DNA of 50,547 bases from a virus. Taxonomy: Duplodnaviria > Caudoviricetes. The stretch covers positions 1 through 50,547 of IMG/VR virus record IMGVR_UViG_3300030329_004012; one strand, 5' to 3'. The position numbers and the translations under genes are program-made. Below are positions 19,301 through 28,600 of this stretch, piece after piece (position 1 is the stretch's first letter; every line of letters begins with the position of its first letter). Below the pieces are notes generated by a model. The model was not told the origin of the DNA and did no database searches. It saw nothing but the letters and a program-made list of their open reading frames with translations.

Positions 19301-20739
19301 GGAATAGAAACTTTACAGATACTACTAATATGATATTTAGGTCTATGCCTGGTAGATTTAGTCAATTTAATTGGGCAGAAGACTTTTTAGCTCTTCCATC
19401 AAAACCTATAGCTTTAGCTAGTTTTGCTGGTAAATTATGGGCATTTGGTAGAGAAAAGATATATAGAATAAATCCTGAACAATTTTATATTGAATCAATT
19501 CAAGAAGGTGTAGGAATTCTTAATCAAAACTCATTAGTAGTTACTGATTTTGGTATGTTCTTTTGTGATAAAAATAGTATGTATCAACATGATGGAACAA
19601 AACCTGTAGATATAGGTGGAACAGTTTTATTTAATAATGATAATCCAGAAACAACAGTTGGTTATAGAGCTGCCTTAGACAAGTGTATATTAGAAGGTAT
19701 TGACCCAATAGTTGCATATGACGGAAGAAATAAGTGTGTTTATTTTATGGTCCAAGGTGTTAAAGAAGTTAATTCTAATGATTATACAAAAACAAAAACT
19801 GCGATGTATACTTATTATCCTAAAACAGGTAGGTTTGATTATTTACTTCTAGATTACCCAGCTAAATTTGCTGTATTAGGAAGAGATGGAGATACTTTAT
19901 TATCTACACAATACCAACTTTTTTCTTTAAGAAGAAGTAACTTAAATTCTAAAGCTTGGGATTGGACTAGTAAAGAATTTGATATGGGAACTTTAAACGT
20001 AGATAAAGTTTGGAAATCTGTAAAATTAACTGGTGCTCCTTCTTTTTCAAATTGGTCAACTACACATTTTTCCAGCATTACTGATGATGTCCAAGTTTTT
20101 ATAGATGGACATCAAAAAAAGCTTACTATTGATAATAAAAATTATAGTATATCAAAACCGATAGCAAGTTCAAATGTTAAAATGGCTAAAGGGGCAGGAC
20201 GTGATGAAGGAACAGTTTATGGTATTAAATATCCCTTGCCATCTCCTGGTTCAATAGGTAATATTAACCAAACTTTACCAGATGCATTTACTTTATATAC
20301 TTCAACTATGCCAGAGTTTAATACAGGTACAGATACATTTCAAAAAGATTACGTACAAAAAGGTGATATGCTACCAAATAACCCTTTAAAGTATATTTCT
20401 AAAGGTCAATATTTATATTTTGAAGTTTACAATGAAGTTTCTAATCAATCATTTCATGAAATAGTTAAGGTTAAAGAAATTAAACTTACATGGGATTTTT
20501 CTACAGATGAAATTAGTAAAGTAGATATTGCTTGTGATAGAGGACAATTAGGAACAACTGCTGTAGATTTTACTCAATTTATTTCAACTGATTGGGTTCA
20601 TGCTCCAATAAGATATGTTGGACCTTCTCTTAAATTACCTGGAAGAACTAAAGGTAAAAAATTACAAGTTGTATTAAAAAATCAAAGAGGTACTGTAGAT
20701 TCAGTATCATTTATTTATCGCCTAAAAACACTTAAATAA
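13330..20739 (+). CDS. Giant tail protein, 2469 aa (tail nozzle/stabilisation-like ends with a large inserted receptor-binding region)
   Basis: N-terminal FHTGII...DVP; C-terminal propeller-like GVGILNQNS...FFCDKN...WDWTSKEFDMG...KVWKSV typical of podoviral tail tubular B/stabilisation proteins. Confidence 0.7.
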   Translation: MAKEFEEIKAFHTGIIGSPSGVDVPKEAAVYSSNVDATLQQGSLIGVQDDLILSDGGWKNKRTTSSYIAFNYSEADWTSVVYPQLTNKYFIIPTYKSHWLVYFSEDSTKTSYNLIDSDAYDYWNEESPDLREYRISSYATLAFFWVSLKAFVENSMKPREDTFEYKEINTNYMTLTWEGLDQNEMDWTNGIFAVRFTNNFYGPIPNINVYHDSNISSTYIKHYPANATHGVGQIGNFFQLNWIKVLEDNEGHTLAFINNAGQFGAYENFYTETSSSTTVASGVENAGRNKITAEQRNNDLYIGVGGLSTTPSRWYGKINRRQLERTLSGSYLDELRLQSPPKLDRFYEFDKVVVPTLNRDMNSDNSMIAGAASLYCGGTVGTDFGGADVEADASINDYRSLNGWVMKCLANAGHAFQDDYTAATDDGHFDWTLSCKRGMIFRVSIGNEANAQAFSVIQDSTLGAPAAGEAIFELRKIKEIGFGDTSAVTASAEGVELHDGDLFQVVAAPKTGTDSLAQSNGNVNTYPRLLYVGSLSGTSTHHDSTTADFPAPAWSYGMFNDSSMLYRIALSECNDDNISSAETQYTFSKEGATGNTTSSTEFTKRITSYDLAHYISGVSDFKIGTIAECMSTDGLGGIGGRTSTQNLLTVDTVTRCNSVGTTGGTDDTIDKYVKFHTTANHSYIVGDWVRITNSDHHNGTHQIVWADADEFVILNNVYTDSDNSCNVIGISRNYYAGHGKLWVTSSNPEHYDKLWLVDVVNWHGQDNDSKRITAQEFKMDFDRIHSSLTSSDSGEGLLEIPWWDRTENGGQPWTDPYWTPNPKGFPSSICETHSHRPHLDDGAYNASGLGRWRVWVMYSQDSEATFNNWDLFLFNFRPTDTGNDDNKLWMYDKTPPFQECGKILDTAYAPKDKFMITRGIPHGGGNNEKYLGNGTDEAINSGSGITYTDSARQFWNDTTDLFSDSNMTNIPGDFVLNAGEIYDTKTGGTNTTPSNAKLRRNGGHLIIRDILHTYWDQGTTLGRPISSGVQGHVDHTREHGHIDAVQGGLCYKDPSGMWHMIELPFYRGDSSGFNNATYGDDTHRAQYSLRMGYNIGWYRDNITEDNARSHAPTRHCLIPYYSQWWSVKALEVEDIPGDNDEDVAHIVTFSSEVSGKFVQDGGYIVANYNAFNKVLHWQGNPGESASGATLGIQNYDKKQVLCTMHDSPVAFTSSDAYGNIGFETDSVSDLDSVTDWSGNGNTFTDSTCDYDNDPTVTCNANSQIMPDMSVSGTGIPTGAYVDSVDTPGAVTSFELRNLNGTALSTTGGAVTDGTLTFSKGIPEVQGRPTKAANDAGVIDVEAGRDTQNGVRATLGYSKYNQYRWGHDFNGTHDLHVDDYTTTNPWNTWDSYKGQDGYGHYNMITTTWCSNAYSSSSGFENEDKDYLDGNNKWTYGQLRCRHFNVDHGGPNDYSKGAGTFSGSRGEGTGYFTWYTNMDNTQTSIASLYATEFGDRPVGDNAGGNYEIDDPEIIQWGRYYWNGMDRGYYASDIAFQKNISGNVVMNSVVDGGEDEVPGGKQWQNRRIVWCWSVMPFITGGTKNSSASPYVFLKAPRVTQRPINAYFTYTESGTDERTYDIKVHALDNYATYYDLNSLNTYSSCTMIYATAPDLSGTKRTMILVVIPVHGNGDNEDSSNFKIRLAYKWNQGIRPLRLGSTEQARRMFYNEKLTGKNLCHGLLHKGNTYDVYCPIMWGSSKDNDNQMVLHYRRSQWPTMSTSAAGPTDLHYLFDKFYDYEDVANCFGGFDNADGALSTRFPLEQLGSYQGTGTGTSSTVSGDNDDDGCHLKTSIQMGFSAATGGAASGTTDFHTGDVVEYKLSYLYDGYQDGPLSDWVYQYDNGTALTGDLDHLICTLELARAELLGLSPRVTDVVVWRRNNETDEFRYVHQVNLEELGNGPETTNETYVATFKDRVAMQSYQATTGLSETLKSSEMNFATSAQLADFLFVADVWNRNFTDTTNMIFRSMPGRFSQFNWAEDFLALPSKPIALASFAGKLWAFGREKIYRINPEQFYIESIQEGVGILNQNSLVVTDFGMFFCDKNSMYQHDGTKPVDIGGTVLFNNDNPETTVGYRAALDKCILEGIDPIVAYDGRNKCVYFMVQGVKEVNSNDYTKTKTAMYTYYPKTGRFDYLLLDYPAKFAVLGRDGDTLLSTQYQLFSLRRSNLNSKAWDWTSKEFDMGTLNVDKVWKSVKLTGAPSFSNWSTTHFSSITDDVQVFIDGHQKKLTIDNKNYSISKPIASSNVKMAKGAGRDEGTVYGIKYPLPSPGSIGNINQTLPDAFTLYTSTMPEFNTGTDTFQKDYVQKGDMLPNNPLKYISKGQYLYFEVYNEVSNQSFHEIVKVKEIKLTWDFSTDEISKVDIACDRGQLGTTAVDFTQFISTDWVHAPIRYVGPSLKLPGRTKGKKLQVVLKNQRGTVDSVSFIYRLKTLK

Positions 20740-22061
20740 TGAAAAATAAAATTATACCTCCATATTTAAGAGATTTAGATTTATCTTTGTTAAATGATAT
20801 AATTATAGACATTTATAAACATCTTAGCAGAATAGCAGATAGTGCTGATGAAATTACTTTTAGACCTAAACAAGATGGAACTAGAGAACTTATTTTAAGA
20901 GAAGGGCGAGGAGAGCTTGTTGATGTTTCTAATACAATTAGATTTAGTTCTAATTCTAGCTCTATAAAAACAATAGTACAAGGTAAATTAAAAGAAGATT
21001 TAGAATTAGATAAAGTAACTAATGAGTCTAAAGCTACTATGTTTACTAATCCTTCGTTTACTGGAGATGATAAATTAAATACTTCTACTTCTAATACATT
21101 TAAATTTAATCCTGATGATGAAGATAATAACACACTAGTTGATGTGGTTACAGCTTTAAAATCTCCTATAATAAGATTTATGTCTGGAGCAACTCCTCGT
21201 TGGAAAATTGGATTTGATACAGATGATACTATTAATAAATTTAAAATAGATAATGGGACAGGAAGTACACTAGCTGACCCTAGTGAATTTGAATTAGATA
21301 ATAGTGGTAATTTAGAGTTAGCTGGAACAATAAAAGCAAGTATTTCTAGCGTAGGTAGTGATACAGATAAATTTTTAGTTTCTGATAGTGGAACTGTTAA
21401 ATATAGAACAGGTGCTGAAGTATTAAGTGATATAGGAGCAGGTGCTGTAGCAGGTAGTTCTAGTATAGTTACTACAGGAGCATTAGATGCTGGTAGTATT
21501 ACTAGTGGGTTTGGAGCAATAGATAATGGAAGCTCAAATATAACTACCACAGGAACAATTAGTGGAGGAACTATAACTGGTTCAGTAATTTGGCAATCAT
21601 TTCCATTTTATGCTTTAACTCTTACACATAGTAGGTATTATTATATAGATGTAGATGATACTGCAAATTCTCTTAGAAGATGGGATGATTATGATGTTGA
21701 CCCAACAGGATTTAATTATAGAGATGTAGCAGGACAATTTGTTGTTCCAGAAAACTGTACATTAAAAGGTATGCACGGAGTTATCTCAAATCAGTCTTCA
21801 ACAAATAATCCTACTATAGGGATTTACCATGGAACAGTTACAGAAGGAACAGGTGATACTACACTTGCCTTAGCTGCTGGAGCTGGCGGAGCTGCTAAAA
21901 CAGTAACAATAAGCACTCTAAGAGTTCCTTATAAATTTAATGATACATATAGTGTTAATTTAGATGCAGGAGATATAATAGTTCCAACTATTTATCATGC
22001 AGATAGTGGTGGGACTAGAACATTCCAAGGAAGTTTAACATTGAAATTTATAACAAGATAA
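20739..22061 (+). CDS. Tail fibre-like protein
   Basis: LDKVTNESK, TGALDAGSITSGFGAIDNG and GTVKYRTGAEVLSDIG fibre-type segments. Confidence 0.7.
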   Translation: MKNKIIPPYLRDLDLSLLNDIIIDIYKHLSRIADSADEITFRPKQDGTRELILREGRGELVDVSNTIRFSSNSSSIKTIVQGKLKEDLELDKVTNESKATMFTNPSFTGDDKLNTSTSNTFKFNPDDEDNNTLVDVVTALKSPIIRFMSGATPRWKIGFDTDDTINKFKIDNGTGSTLADPSEFELDNSGNLELAGTIKASISSVGSDTDKFLVSDSGTVKYRTGAEVLSDIGAGAVAGSSSIVTTGALDAGSITSGFGAIDNGSSNITTTGTISGGTITGSVIWQSFPFYALTLTHSRYYYIDVDDTANSLRRWDDYDVDPTGFNYRDVAGQFVVPENCTLKGMHGVISNQSSTNNPTIGIYHGTVTEGTGDTTLALAAGAGGAAKTVTISTLRVPYKFNDTYSVNLDAGDIIVPTIYHADSGGTRTFQGSLTLKFITR

Positions 22062-22096
22062 TTCTTGGAAAATTATTAAAAATTACTTATATTAAA
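22062..22096 (+). promoter_or_regulatory. Putative sigma70-like promoter for the ejection-protein/RNAP operon
   Basis: TTGGAA (22065-70), 17 nt, TATATT (22088-93); TTCTTGGAAAATT also at 48639-48651. Confidence 0.6.
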
Positions 22097-22125
22097 ATGA
22101 TGAATTATATTCAAAAAGGAACTGT

Positions 22126-22875
22126 ATGCAATTAAAAGATTATGGAAGATTTGGTGATACTGAGATTCGTAATATTGATGGTGAACCAAATCACGTAAAC
22201 GAAGTTGAAGCTCATTGGATAGATAACTATGGTTTATTAGGACAATTAGCTACTAAAGCATCTGGTTCTGGAACTACTAATCCTCATACTGGATATACAG
22301 AAAGATTCCCTTGGATACAAGCTGCTATAGCAGTTGGTTCCTATCTTTTAAATGATTCTGCTAGTGATAAAGCTGCAGATACTATGGCTGGAGTTTCAGG
22401 TAGAGTTGAAGAACATTTGGAACCATGGAAAAGTTCTATAAGTGAATACCAAAATATGTCTAAAGAATATATAGACCCTTTTAGTGTTGCAAATCAATCC
22501 CAGCGTCAAGATATAAGAAATCAAGCTATGGATTTTGTAGGTATGCAAGATGTAATGAATAGGCGTAATTTGGCTAGTGGTGGATTAGGTGGATTTAGTG
22601 GTGTTGCAAATCAGAATTTAGCCTCTGCAACACAAGCTGCTTCTGTTCAATCAGAGCAAGCATTTCAAGACCAATTTTTGCAAAATAAAAAATTCGGAAC
22701 ATCTTTAATGGATAGTTACATCCAAAACTTAAGAGCTTACGGAGAAACAATGGCTCAAGGACAAATTCAAAATGATGCTATGTTAGCACAACAACAGCAA
22801 CAATCTGGTTCAGGAATGGCTATGGGCCTTTTAAATGCTGGATTGAATATTTTTGGTGGTGGAGGCGCAGCATAA
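22126..22875 (+). CDS. Internal virion / DNA ejection (pilot) protein
   Basis: GRFGDT...HVN..EA...GSGTTNPHTG..E motif; Gln/Ala/Gly-rich helical body; hydrophobic Gly-rich tail. Confidence 0.65.
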   Translation: MQLKDYGRFGDTEIRNIDGEPNHVNEVEAHWIDNYGLLGQLATKASGSGTTNPHTGYTERFPWIQAAIAVGSYLLNDSASDKAADTMAGVSGRVEEHLEPWKSSISEYQNMSKEYIDPFSVANQSQRQDIRNQAMDFVGMQDVMNRRNLASGGLGGFSGVANQNLASATQAASVQSEQAFQDQFLQNKKFGTSLMDSYIQNLRAYGETMAQGQIQNDAMLAQQQQQSGSGMAMGLLNAGLNIFGGGGAA

Positions 22876-22878
22876 AAA

Positions 22879-23343
22879 ATGGCATATAATGATAATAATT
22901 TTTCAATAGCAAATAGTCAAAATGTTCCAGCAGGAACATTCGGAATATCACAAACTGATAATCCATTCTCTGTAGGAACTAACGCAGGAATGAACAATAC
23001 ACCAGCTAACAACCCATTTTCTATAGGAAATTCTCCTAATTTAATTTCAAGAGGTGTTGATGAATTTAGTCAGAGAATAATGCCTACATCTAATTTTTCT
23101 ATGCCTGGCATTAATCCATCTACTGATGATGGTACTAATTGGGATAAAGTAATGACAGGTGTTAGTGAAGCTTTAAGTAACTATCGTTTTCCATCTCCTT
23201 CTGCAGCTCAAAGACAAGTTCAGAAGGCAAATCCTATAAATACTCGTACAGATTTTTTATCTCCTCCACAAAGAGGTGGTCTTTTACAAGAATTGATGAT
23301 GAAGAATTATATGCAAAATAAAAATATGAGAGGATTAGGTTAA
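22879..23343 (+). CDS. Internal virion protein candidate (Asn/Pro-rich, repeated NPFS)
   Basis: NNFSI, DNPFSV, NNPFSI repeats; located in the ejection cluster. Confidence 0.55.
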   Translation: MAYNDNNFSIANSQNVPAGTFGISQTDNPFSVGTNAGMNNTPANNPFSIGNSPNLISRGVDEFSQRIMPTSNFSMPGINPSTDDGTNWDKVMTGVSEALSNYRFPSPSAAQRQVQKANPINTRTDFLSPPQRGGLLQELMMKNYMQNKNMRGLG

Positions 23344-24500
23344 TGGCGTTAGATTGGACACCTTTACAAACTCCTGCTCTTCAAAGAGCTCAGAATACAT
23401 ATGATATGAATGCAATGATGACTGAAATGGCAGCATTAGGATTGCATGAAATTACTCGTAGGCCAGATATATCAACAAAAGATGCTGATGAATTTATTAG
23501 AGGTTATGGTAGAAGTTGGTATAAAGACGAAGGTAAAGGTACTTATGATACTTATGAAGATTTTGTAGCTGATAATCCTCTTTTACAACTAGCTGAAACA
23601 GGAACTCAAATGAGGTATGATTCTAGTGGTAAACTAGAATATAAAGAAGGTGATAAATGGAGTTCAGATTTATCTGCTATAACTGGAGGACAATCAGACC
23701 AGGCATATGGAGGCGGAACAGGAGAAGAAATATTTTCACCTTTTGGGATAAAAACTGATACAGGAGTTTCAGGAACAGGAGATGCTTCAATTTTTGAGAC
23801 AGATTTAGATAACGCTTGGAGACTTGGTATAAAAGGTCCAGAAGGGTTGCAATATAAAGCTCCAAAAAGTATGTTAGGTGCTTTATTTCATAGAGATACT
23901 TATAGACCTACAGGTGGAACTTATCAAACAGATAAAGGTACTGTTTCAAGAAAACTTCCAGGACAAAATATATTTCAACAAGTAGGAAAAGGAGTATCAA
24001 ATGTTGCAAGTAATGTTTATCAAAAAGGGGCTGGATTAGTAACTGGAGTAGGCGATGAACTAAAAGGGGCAGGCTCTCAATTAAAAGGAGCTATTGGAGA
24101 TTTACTAAGTAATCGAACTAAACAAGATGAGGTTGCTAATTATAGTTTTAGCGATGATGGTACAGTTATAGCTACGAATAAACCTGATACATACGTGTTA
24201 CAACCAGGAGATACTCTAGATGCAATCGGTAGAAAATGGGGTGTTCATTGGCCAAAGATTCTTGAATGGAATAATTTAACTGAAGAAGATGCATATAAAC
24301 TTCCTGTAGGATATAAACTAAGACTAACTGCTCCTTCTTCAAAAGAAGGCAGTGACCAATCAGGAACTTTAGCTAGTGATGATTTAGCAAATGAAACTGA
24401 CCCTACATTAAGTGGAAATTATACTCCTAAATGGTACGAAAGTGCTTACGGTTTAGCAACAGAAAATAAATGGCCAGGTCCATATGGAGATAGAAAATAA
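23343..24500 (+). CDS. Internal virion protein with a LysM domain
   Basis: YVLQPGDTLDAIGRKWGV...ILEWNNL...LPVGYKLRL matches the LysM consensus. Confidence 0.8.
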   Translation: MALDWTPLQTPALQRAQNTYDMNAMMTEMAALGLHEITRRPDISTKDADEFIRGYGRSWYKDEGKGTYDTYEDFVADNPLLQLAETGTQMRYDSSGKLEYKEGDKWSSDLSAITGGQSDQAYGGGTGEEIFSPFGIKTDTGVSGTGDASIFETDLDNAWRLGIKGPEGLQYKAPKSMLGALFHRDTYRPTGGTYQTDKGTVSRKLPGQNIFQQVGKGVSNVASNVYQKGAGLVTGVGDELKGAGSQLKGAIGDLLSNRTKQDEVANYSFSDDGTVIATNKPDTYVLQPGDTLDAIGRKWGVHWPKILEWNNLTEEDAYKLPVGYKLRLTAPSSKEGSDQSGTLASDDLANETDPTLSGNYTPKWYESAYGLATENKWPGPYGDRK

Positions 24501-25609
24501 TGTCATACTTTCAACAAATAAATCAATTAAAAGAGCAACAAGCTCAAAGATATATGGAAAATTACTGGGGTCAACAGCAAGCTTTATACGGTGGTAACAG
24601 TGGAAAATTTATAGAAAACGATGCAGGTAAAGTTGTTTATACTGGAAGAGGCAATGAACTTCCTTCATTAAACGAATTATGGTCAAAATTTCAAAGGGGA
24701 GCTCAATCGAGAGGATTAAAAGCTAATTATTTAACTTTTAAAAATAACTATGATATGATGAAAAAGGTTCAAGATAATCAGTATTTAGGTCACTTACAAA
24801 ATGCTGAGCTAAGAGGTATCCCTTTAGATAAAATTCATGATGCATTACAAGAAAATCCTAAACTAAGGAATAAACTTATAACTGCTGCTGGCGATGGTTC
24901 TCCTGAAGGTAATCAATTTATATCTCATTATAATCCTGAAAGAGAAACTAGTATAAGTGATATGATAGGAGAAAAAAGTTGGTTAGCAGCTCCTTTATTG
25001 TTTGGTGGTAAAGCCGCTTATGACTTTGCTATGTCTCCAACAAAAGAGGCTAAAGATATTTATGAAGCTTCTAAATCTAAATCACAGAAACTTCTTGATG
25101 ATGCAAAGAAAAAATTAGCTGATTCTGAAAAAAAACAAAAAAGAGCTAGAACGGACAAATCAAAAAAGAAACACACTAAAGATATAGCAACTCATAAGAA
25201 AGCTGTCACAAAATACACAAATCAAATATCTAAAATAAAAGAACCTCCTACTAGATGGAGTGCTAGAAAATGGTTTAAACCAGGTGGTGGTAAAATGGGT
25301 GGCTATGGTGATATAGCAGCTTATGTTGCTCCTGGAATTGTTGAAACAGCCTTAAAGAAGGTAGGTGTTAAAGATAAAGAAGCAGAGATAGCTGGTGATG
25401 TTACTGGAGTTGGTACTGGAGGCTACTTACTTACAAGAGGTATTCTTGGTCTTATTAGAAGCAAAGGTCTAAGTCCAGCTGCTTGGATGCAAACTGCAGG
25501 TGGAGCACAGCAATTATACGGAGCAGGTAAGGAGTACGCGACAGGATTATTCTCAGGAGATGAACCAGATGCTGAAGTTCCAGAATCCCAAACTCCAACA
25601 GTTTATTAA
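24500..25609 (+). CDS. Internal virion / ejection protein candidate
   Basis: Lys-rich coiled coil plus Gly-rich hydrophobic segments; directly upstream of the giant protein. Confidence 0.55.
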   Translation: MSYFQQINQLKEQQAQRYMENYWGQQQALYGGNSGKFIENDAGKVVYTGRGNELPSLNELWSKFQRGAQSRGLKANYLTFKNNYDMMKKVQDNQYLGHLQNAELRGIPLDKIHDALQENPKLRNKLITAAGDGSPEGNQFISHYNPERETSISDMIGEKSWLAAPLLFGGKAAYDFAMSPTKEAKDIYEASKSKSQKLLDDAKKKLADSEKKQKRARTDKSKKKHTKDIATHKKAVTKYTNQISKIKEPPTRWSARKWFKPGGGKMGGYGDIAAYVAPGIVETALKKVGVKDKEAEIAGDVTGVGTGGYLLTRGILGLIRSKGLSPAAWMQTAGGAQQLYGAGKEYATGLFSGDEPDAEVPESQTPTVY

Positions 25610-25618
25610 GAGGTTCTT

Positions 25619-28600
25619 ATGCCTATAAATCTTGGGTATCAATATCCAAACTTTTCTTCACAACCTAATACGTATACTCCTATAGGTGATAATGCTGCAA
25701 CTGAAGAAGGATTTCAACCTAATTTAAGTGAAAAAAATCTAAAGGATTTAATTAGTTTATACAAAAAAAATCCTACATTAATACCCCCACAACAAGTAGA
25801 CAATATGCAGAAGCATGCTGTATTATATAATGTCCCTTTTCATAAGGGAGATTTTAGTATAATGGGAGCTTTGTCTGAATTTGGTAAAGGTTTCTTATCT
25901 GGTTTTACAACTATGGATATAGGAGACCCTCCTGATAATGAATATGAAGCAATCATTAGGAATATAGGGCATTTAGCAGGGTTTGCTCCAGGTATAGCTG
26001 CTGGACCTTTAAAAGCGTTAAGAGTTCCTGCTTTAGCTCAAGCTGCTATGGCTTTAAATAATAGGTCAGTTCCTATGATGGGTGCTAATTGGTTAACTAA
26101 AAAAGCTAAAAAGATTGTTAAACCTGCTTTAGAAACAGCTATAAAAGGTAAGGGAGATGCTACAAAAACAATCACCAAATTCTTATTAGGTCCTAAAGCA
26201 AAGCATATGGCTGAAGGTGCATTTCATCTTGGAGCTGCTAGTGCTATTAGTTCTTGGACACAAGGAGTTGATGCTATGATGCATTCGGCTTTTGGTGGAG
26301 CTGTTGCTGGTGGTGCATTCAGAGCTATGGGTAATTTTGTAAACACAGGAAGTAAAGATGCTGATAAAATAGTAAGAGGTTTAGCAGGTTCTTTATTTAT
26401 GGGTTTACCTGCTACTGCAAGAGGAGCAACTACTGCTGAGCAAGTATATGAATATTTATTAGGTGCTTATTTTGGTGGTAAAGAAATGCCTTGGTATAAA
26501 GCTAAGGGAGCTAAAACTATGGCATCCTTAGAAAAACAAGCTCAGAAGAATCCAGAACTAGCTATTACTAGAGACCCACGTCTTTTAAAGGAATGGAAAA
26601 GTTTAGAGCCTGAAGTTCAAAAAGAAGTTAAAGAACTAGCAGAAAAAGCATATGGAAATGCTGATGAAAGAAGTGCTGCTGCTCATTTATTAATGAAAGA
26701 AATGGGTATATTAGATAAGAATACTAAACTACCTACTCCACAAGGATTTACCGAATTAAAGAAAGTTGTTGGCGGTCAAGAACTTATTAGATTAACCGAC
26801 CCTAACCAAGTTCTTCATCATGGTATATCTGGAGCATCAAGAGGTTCTGATGCTTATTGGGCTATAGTTGGAAAAAATTATCAAGTTCCATTTGTTCACT
26901 ACTCTTTTAAAGGGCAAAAAACTAGTAGAGGCGCTGGAAAAATAAGAGAATTAAATCAAGCTGAACTTGCAGAAGCTAATATAAAAATTAAAAAGGCAGA
27001 TGAAAGTTTAAATAGATTAAAAGGGAAACAAGCTAAAGGGTTTACACAAAAACTTTTACAAAGAAATTGGTGGCAAGTAAAGACATCTAGAGGAATTTAT
27101 GCTTTAGGTAAAATTATTAAAGGAGGAACTGAACTACAAGGCGGTAGTGGTTGGGCTACTCAAATGGCTATCGATGCAAGAAAAAAACATGTTTATGCTT
27201 GGGACACAGCTTCAAAGAAATGGCATAGATATGATTATAAACTTAAAAAGTTTAGAATGCTTGATAGGACACCTAAACTTGTAAAGCGTTTTGCTGGTAT
27301 AGGTACAAGAAAATTAAGTAACGAAGGTAGAAAAGCAATAGAAGATATATATGCGGTTACTTTTGGAAAGAAAAAACCTTTAGTTACTAGAAAAGCTGAA
27401 GCAATTTCTGAAAAAGATATATCAGTTATACCTGCAGAACGTTTAAAAAGACTAAACGAATTATCAGAACAAGAAGTTATTTTAGATAAAGAGTTAGATA
27501 TTCATATTCAAGATTCTAAGAATCCAGATTTATCTAATTCTCAAAGAATTTCTGCTAAAAAAGAAGCGCAAAAAGTTGCAGCACAACTTAATGAAATTAG
27601 AAAAGAAATGAAAGATGAAGCCTATTCAACAGTAAAGGAAGAAGAATTACAATCTTCTGAAACTCAAGATGGCAATGATATTGGAATGATATCTGGTAGG
27701 GAATTAGAAAAGAAATCTGTTTATTTTATAGATAAATACGCAAAAAAACTTTGGGACGATGCAGGGTACACACCTGTAATGAAACTCACTAAAAAGGCCC
27801 AATTTGCGAGTATTTTACAAGATATAGTAAATAAACCTAAATATTCTAAAAAAGGTTCAAGGGTTAAAGTTGAAGAAATAATTAATGAATTTGAGTCAAC
27901 AATAAAAAAACAAGGCGAAGATATATCTATAAGAGCTGAAGGAAAAAGAAATTTAAGACAATGGTTAACTTTAAAAAGCTTTGGTAAACAAGTTAGATAT
28001 TTAAGAGCAGATGATAGAGGTATATATATTGCCCCCTTAGATAGAGTTATTACAAGGGCTGGTAATAAAAAATTAGTTAATGAACCTACTAAACGATTAG
28101 AGGAAGTATTTTTAGAATTAGGAGGCAAGGAAACAGATAAAGAACCTCCTATTGTTATTTTTGATACTATAACCTCTGGTAAGGATGGCGCTTATAAAGA
28201 CTTAAGCCTATCTAGATATAGACAAATGGAAGAAAGAGATGACTTTACTGGTACTCCTTATTATTCTTATATAAAGAAAGTTTTTAAGAAGATGTTAGGT
28301 AAAGGTTACTATCCTTTTGGAGGTAGAGGAGATGCTGATGCTATAACATTTGTTAAAATGAATCCTATGCTAACTAATAAATCTGAAATGAGATTATTTA
28401 AAAGAGCTGTTGAAAAATCTTTAGGACAAAAAGGGATAAAACAAATAAAAGATGGAATGGCTTTATTTAAAAAGACATATGGATTAAGTAATAAAGTTCA
28501 GGATATGTATTATTCTAACCTTCTTTATGATATTCAAATGAATGGATTTAGACCTGACTTACAAGTTGGTACTAGATTAGAAAAAGCAAAGATATGGAAT

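Noticed and set aside
20813-21550. 245-aa minus-strand ORF
   Set aside because: Antisense shadow of the tail fibre gene; same for 5807-6052, 12899-13243, 16092-16367 and 27721-28128.
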